Source: Camelus ferus
Taxonomy: Eukaryota
Assembly: GCF_009834535.1 (NCBI RefSeq)
Contig: NC_045712.1
Coordinates: forward strand, 31,248,001-31,312,000
Length of the DNA stretch: 64,000 nucleotides
Reading direction: 5' to 3'
Of the stretch, positions 60,546 through 64,000 are shown piece after piece (the first letter of the stretch is position 1; every line of letters starts with the position of its first letter). A program made the translations under genes and the position numbers. The notes below the pieces were generated by a model. The model had not been told where the DNA came from and did not search any database. It worked only from the letters and a program-made list of their open reading frames with translations.

Positions 60546-62169
60546 GCACAGATGGGGTGTTTCGGCTTTTTCTGCGACGCTTCACCTCCTCTCAGGTCTG
60601 TTCTGTGGCTCAAAGCCCTGGAGCTCTACCTGCTGTGACTGCCAGGCAGAGAAGGTTTCTGTCTCCATCCGCCTGCAAACCAGGGACTAAAGCTCAGGGC
60701 CACCGGGAGTCCATGCTGCTGCGCCTGCTCCGCCTGGGACGGGCGCCGTCCCCGTCCTCCCACCCCGCAAGGAAGGCACCCCGGGAGCCTCTCCAGCCGC
60801 CCTGTTGGACCTCAGGTGTCAGGAGGTCTGGGGACCCGACTCTTGTGCCACAGAGACCCCCACGGAAGCACCAGGCCCACGGAGCAGAGAGAACAAAGCC
60901 TGCAGCCCCTCCTCGCCCGCTGGTGCAGAAAGGCAGCCCACGAAGGCTCTGGGCAGTGTGCCTGCCTGCCGGAGGAAGGCGGGGGAGGCGGAAGAGAGGC
61001 AGGAGCGTGCTGATCTCCATCTGGGAGAAGAACGTGAGGGCCCGATAAGGCTGTGAAGACAGGGAGCTCCCCTGGAAGCGGCTCTGGCCGCCAGTGTGGA
61101 CTTGGGACCCCGCCCTGCGGAGCTATGGCAGGCACGCAGGCGGGCTGCAGCAGGCCCCAGAAGAGCACCGGGACAAGGCGGGGAGAGTGCCTGGTCCCGC
61201 CCCTGCCTCCAGGACAGGACAGCACTGCTAGCAGAAACAAAAGGGAAAGGCAGAGTCTGGACACCGCCCGAAGGCTCCTTACATCCAACAACTATTTGCC
61301 ATGGGAAGTCCCCATCTGGCTAAGTTACCTGGTTTCTCTGGGTCTTGAAAATCCCCAGGGCTGCCCAAACCACGGCCAGCCATCCACACACAGCAAAGTC
61401 AGAGTCTGCTCATTTTGCAAAAGGGAAGTGGGGAGAGGTGCGGGTGGTGCGCTGGCATCCACGAGCGGGCTTGTGGAGGGAACCCCCCACCTTCCCTCCC
61501 ATCTGCCAGCCGGGGAGGAAGACCACGGACTCCTCCTTGGCCTTAACCCTAGTCTCTAGCAAGACGAGCGCACTGACTGACCAGCTCTGGGAAGAAAGGA
61601 GCCCTGCCCTTCGAGAAACCCCACCAATCCCCATCCTCACCCAGTGCCCCCCACCTCATCTGCAGGCAGCCAGCGACTCCTGGATGAGGAGAAGCCCTCA
61701 GGAAAAGAGGCCGCCAGGCAGCCCCACCAGATGACATGCACCAGCCCCTGGGGCAGCACGACAAAGGAGACCCCAGAACAGACAAAGGCAAGAGCCCAGG
61801 TCTCCCAACAGAAGGTGAGGGGCAGCAGGAGGTCAGGCAGGGCAGAGGAGCCAGGCCCAGGCCCTGCGACAGCAGACAGCATGGCTGGGACGGGCTGGGA
61901 CGAAACGGGACGGGCCTCCCTCCCCGCCCCAGGCCTGCTCCCGCAGCCCAGCTCCCAGCCAGCCAGCAGCCCAGGGCTGCCACCTCGTGGGCCCGATGTG
62001 CAGGACAGGAAGAGGCTCAGGCCACAGCCTTGGCTCCATCCACCAAGGGCAGCGGATTGAGCCATGAGGCCACAGCGGAGTGGACGGTCAGTCTGCCGCG
62101 TGCAGCACTCTCGCACCTCCCTGCGGCATCTCCAGATGCCAGTCAGCAGGGCACCAGGCACAAGCACCG

Positions 62170-62270
62170 CCCCCTTTAACAGAAAGGACAACGAGGGGTT
62201 AAGTGACTGGACCGAGGAGCACAAACGGGACGCAGGACTGGGCCCAGGCAGCTTGGCTCCTGAATCCACG
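62170..62270 (-). mobile_element. MIR fragment
   Basis: cccctttaacagaaaggacaacgaggggttaagtgact..ggactgggcccaggcagcttggctcc. Confidence 0.4.
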
Positions 62271-64000
62271 CTAGTCCCCGGCCTTCAATTCCAGCTGCTG
62301 GGTGTAACCAAAAACACCTCTCCACCCTAAAAGCCTAAAAACCCGGGTCTGTTCTGGCCAGAGTGCCCAGCAAAGGGGCAGATCCTTGCTTCTCCAAGGA
62401 TCAGGGGCAGGAATCAAGTGAGGGCACCACAGGCAAATTCTTCTGGGGGAGAAAGTGTCTGAGCAAGTGCTGTGAGAGGCTGGGGAGACACCAGCCCTAC
62501 GGGCCCCGCAGCGCTGGACGCGAGAGAGGACACGCGTTCCCTTCCAGTCCCGGGAGGCTCCAGGGAAAAGCAGAGGGCAGGAAAGGTGAGCCCGCCCTCC
62601 ACCCCAGTCTCCCTCCCATCCTTCCTGAGGCTCTGGACGTCAAGAGAGGGTCAATGGCTGAGCAGGTGGGTGCATAGCGGCCCCTTCCCCTCCCAGGGGA
62701 ACCGCAAGAGGCCTGGACTGCCCACCGCCCCCAGATGGAAGAGCAGAAGTACCTGGGGGCATCCTCCTCACACACTCAGCCAGAGTACGTCGCAGGCACG
62801 GGCAGGGCGGGGCGGCGGGGCAGGCCGGGCTGGGCCCGGGCTACTCTATGTCCCAGCAAGGTATGGTGTGGACGGCGGGCGGAGCACGCAAAGAGGGAGG
62901 CACAGGGGCACAATAAGAGAGACCGAAGGCAGGGCAGCTTCTTCGTGTCAAGGATCGCATGGAGGAAACATGAAGACGGAAAGTTACCAGATTTGCAGGA
63001 AAGAGTGTGTGGTTCCTGAGAACCAAGTATCAATGGACATGAAAACCAAACTGCAGTGAGTCTGAGACATGAACTATGACCTCAGGACGCCGGGCAAGCG
63101 GAGGGGGGCTGACTGCAGCGGCAGGCGGAGGAAGGGGACAGAGCAGCTTCAAGGGGACGGCCCCCCACAGACAAGGTACCTCTTGGGGGACCAGGGAGAG
63201 CAGCGCACAGGTGAGGACAGAGAAAGCTGGGTGTGGTAGGGGTTCGGGATGGCTGGGTGGGGGCACTGGGGCCCCTGGAATGGAACGAAAGAGTGTGAGG
63301 CCACAGCAAGGACAAGACGGAACCAAGACCCTCCAAGCCCAGGGCGACCCTCCAGGGGCCCTAGGGAGCCCAGAGAGCACCGTGCGGTGGGACAGGAGGA
63401 CGAGGGGAAGCAGGGCGCGGACACTCCAGGGCGGGTGGACACCTGGAGGAGAGGGTTAGGGTCCAGGGAGCTGAAAATGGGGGCGGGACGGAGCAGGTTT
63501 CAGATTTCAGACGTGCCAACCGAGCAGTAAGGATGCCCGGGAGGAAGACTGACAGCAAGGGGGGCTTTAAGCTCAGGCTTGCTGAGAAAACCAGAGCTGT
63601 GATTTTGTTGAGGACCCACTGCAGTACAGACATGTTCCTAGAGGCTAAAATGCCACCTGGTTGACCCCCATGCTAAGTCCTTAAGCTGCGTGCATTCTCA
63701 CCAACACTCTACAGCCGGGAAACTGAGGCATCCGACACAGGAGCAGCAGAGTGCAGCAAATGCAGCCTCACCCACGGTTCCTGCGGGACCACCCACCCTG
63801 ACCACTGCAAGACCCAGGTCTCCGGGTGAGTCAGCTTCTCCTGGCCTTTAGTCCTGAACCCGGGGCAGCACTAGCCGCTGTCAAGGAGAAACAAGCAGAC
63901 AAGTTGAAGGCGAGAAAAGAAAATGGCTCCAAAAGCTTTGAACCCTTTAGAAGAGCCAGTGGTCTCAGTGGCCCCATGCAGGCAGGAAGGGGCTTCCCCT

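Larger units (their letters stand above)
15536..64000 (-). other. CHCHD6: CHCHD6 intron upstream of the exon (human intron 4 equivalent), runs off the right edge
   Basis: Ends at the acceptor AG at 15537-15536. By eye I found no match to the preceding exon in the window. Human intron 4 is roughly 100 kb or more. Confidence 0.75.

Noticed and set aside
1-64000. Additional CHCHD6 exons or a nested gene
   Set aside because: A visual search for the neighbouring exons' recalled peptides found nothing, and no other segment had both splice signals and protein similarity. A tBLASTn or RNA-seq check would be needed to exclude short exons.

Overview
This is mammalian genomic DNA, not prokaryotic. It is almost certainly camelid (alpaca/llama/camel), judged from a tRNA-Ala-derived SINE at 50796 and a lineage-type L1 3' end at 49664. 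The only protein-coding sequence I can support is one 84-bp internal exon of CHCHD6 (MIC25, MICOS complex) on the minus strand at 15452-15535. It reads AKELESREAELRRRDAFYKEQLGRLEKQ and has canonical splice sites. Everything else is intronic: at least 15.4 kb of downstream intron and at least 48.4 kb of upstream intron. These introns are filled with decayed L1, L2, MIR, MaLR and DNA-transposon fossils, several GC-rich minisatellites and one 179-N assembly gap. I found no novel coding system; the long ORFs in the track are GC-rich or tandem-repeat artefacts. Four patterns deserve a second look: (i) a strong AT-to-GC overprint on old L1 copies, with an apparent gradient inside one near-full-length L1; (ii) three CpG/G-rich minisatellites that sit inside L1 fossils and appear to have grown from L1 sequence; (iii) an L1 apparently split by 6.8 kb of DNA carrying older L2 fragments; (iv) a few motif-dense candidate enhancers. 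Repeat family names come from recalled consensus sequences, not from a RepeatMasker run, and repeat boundaries are approximate.
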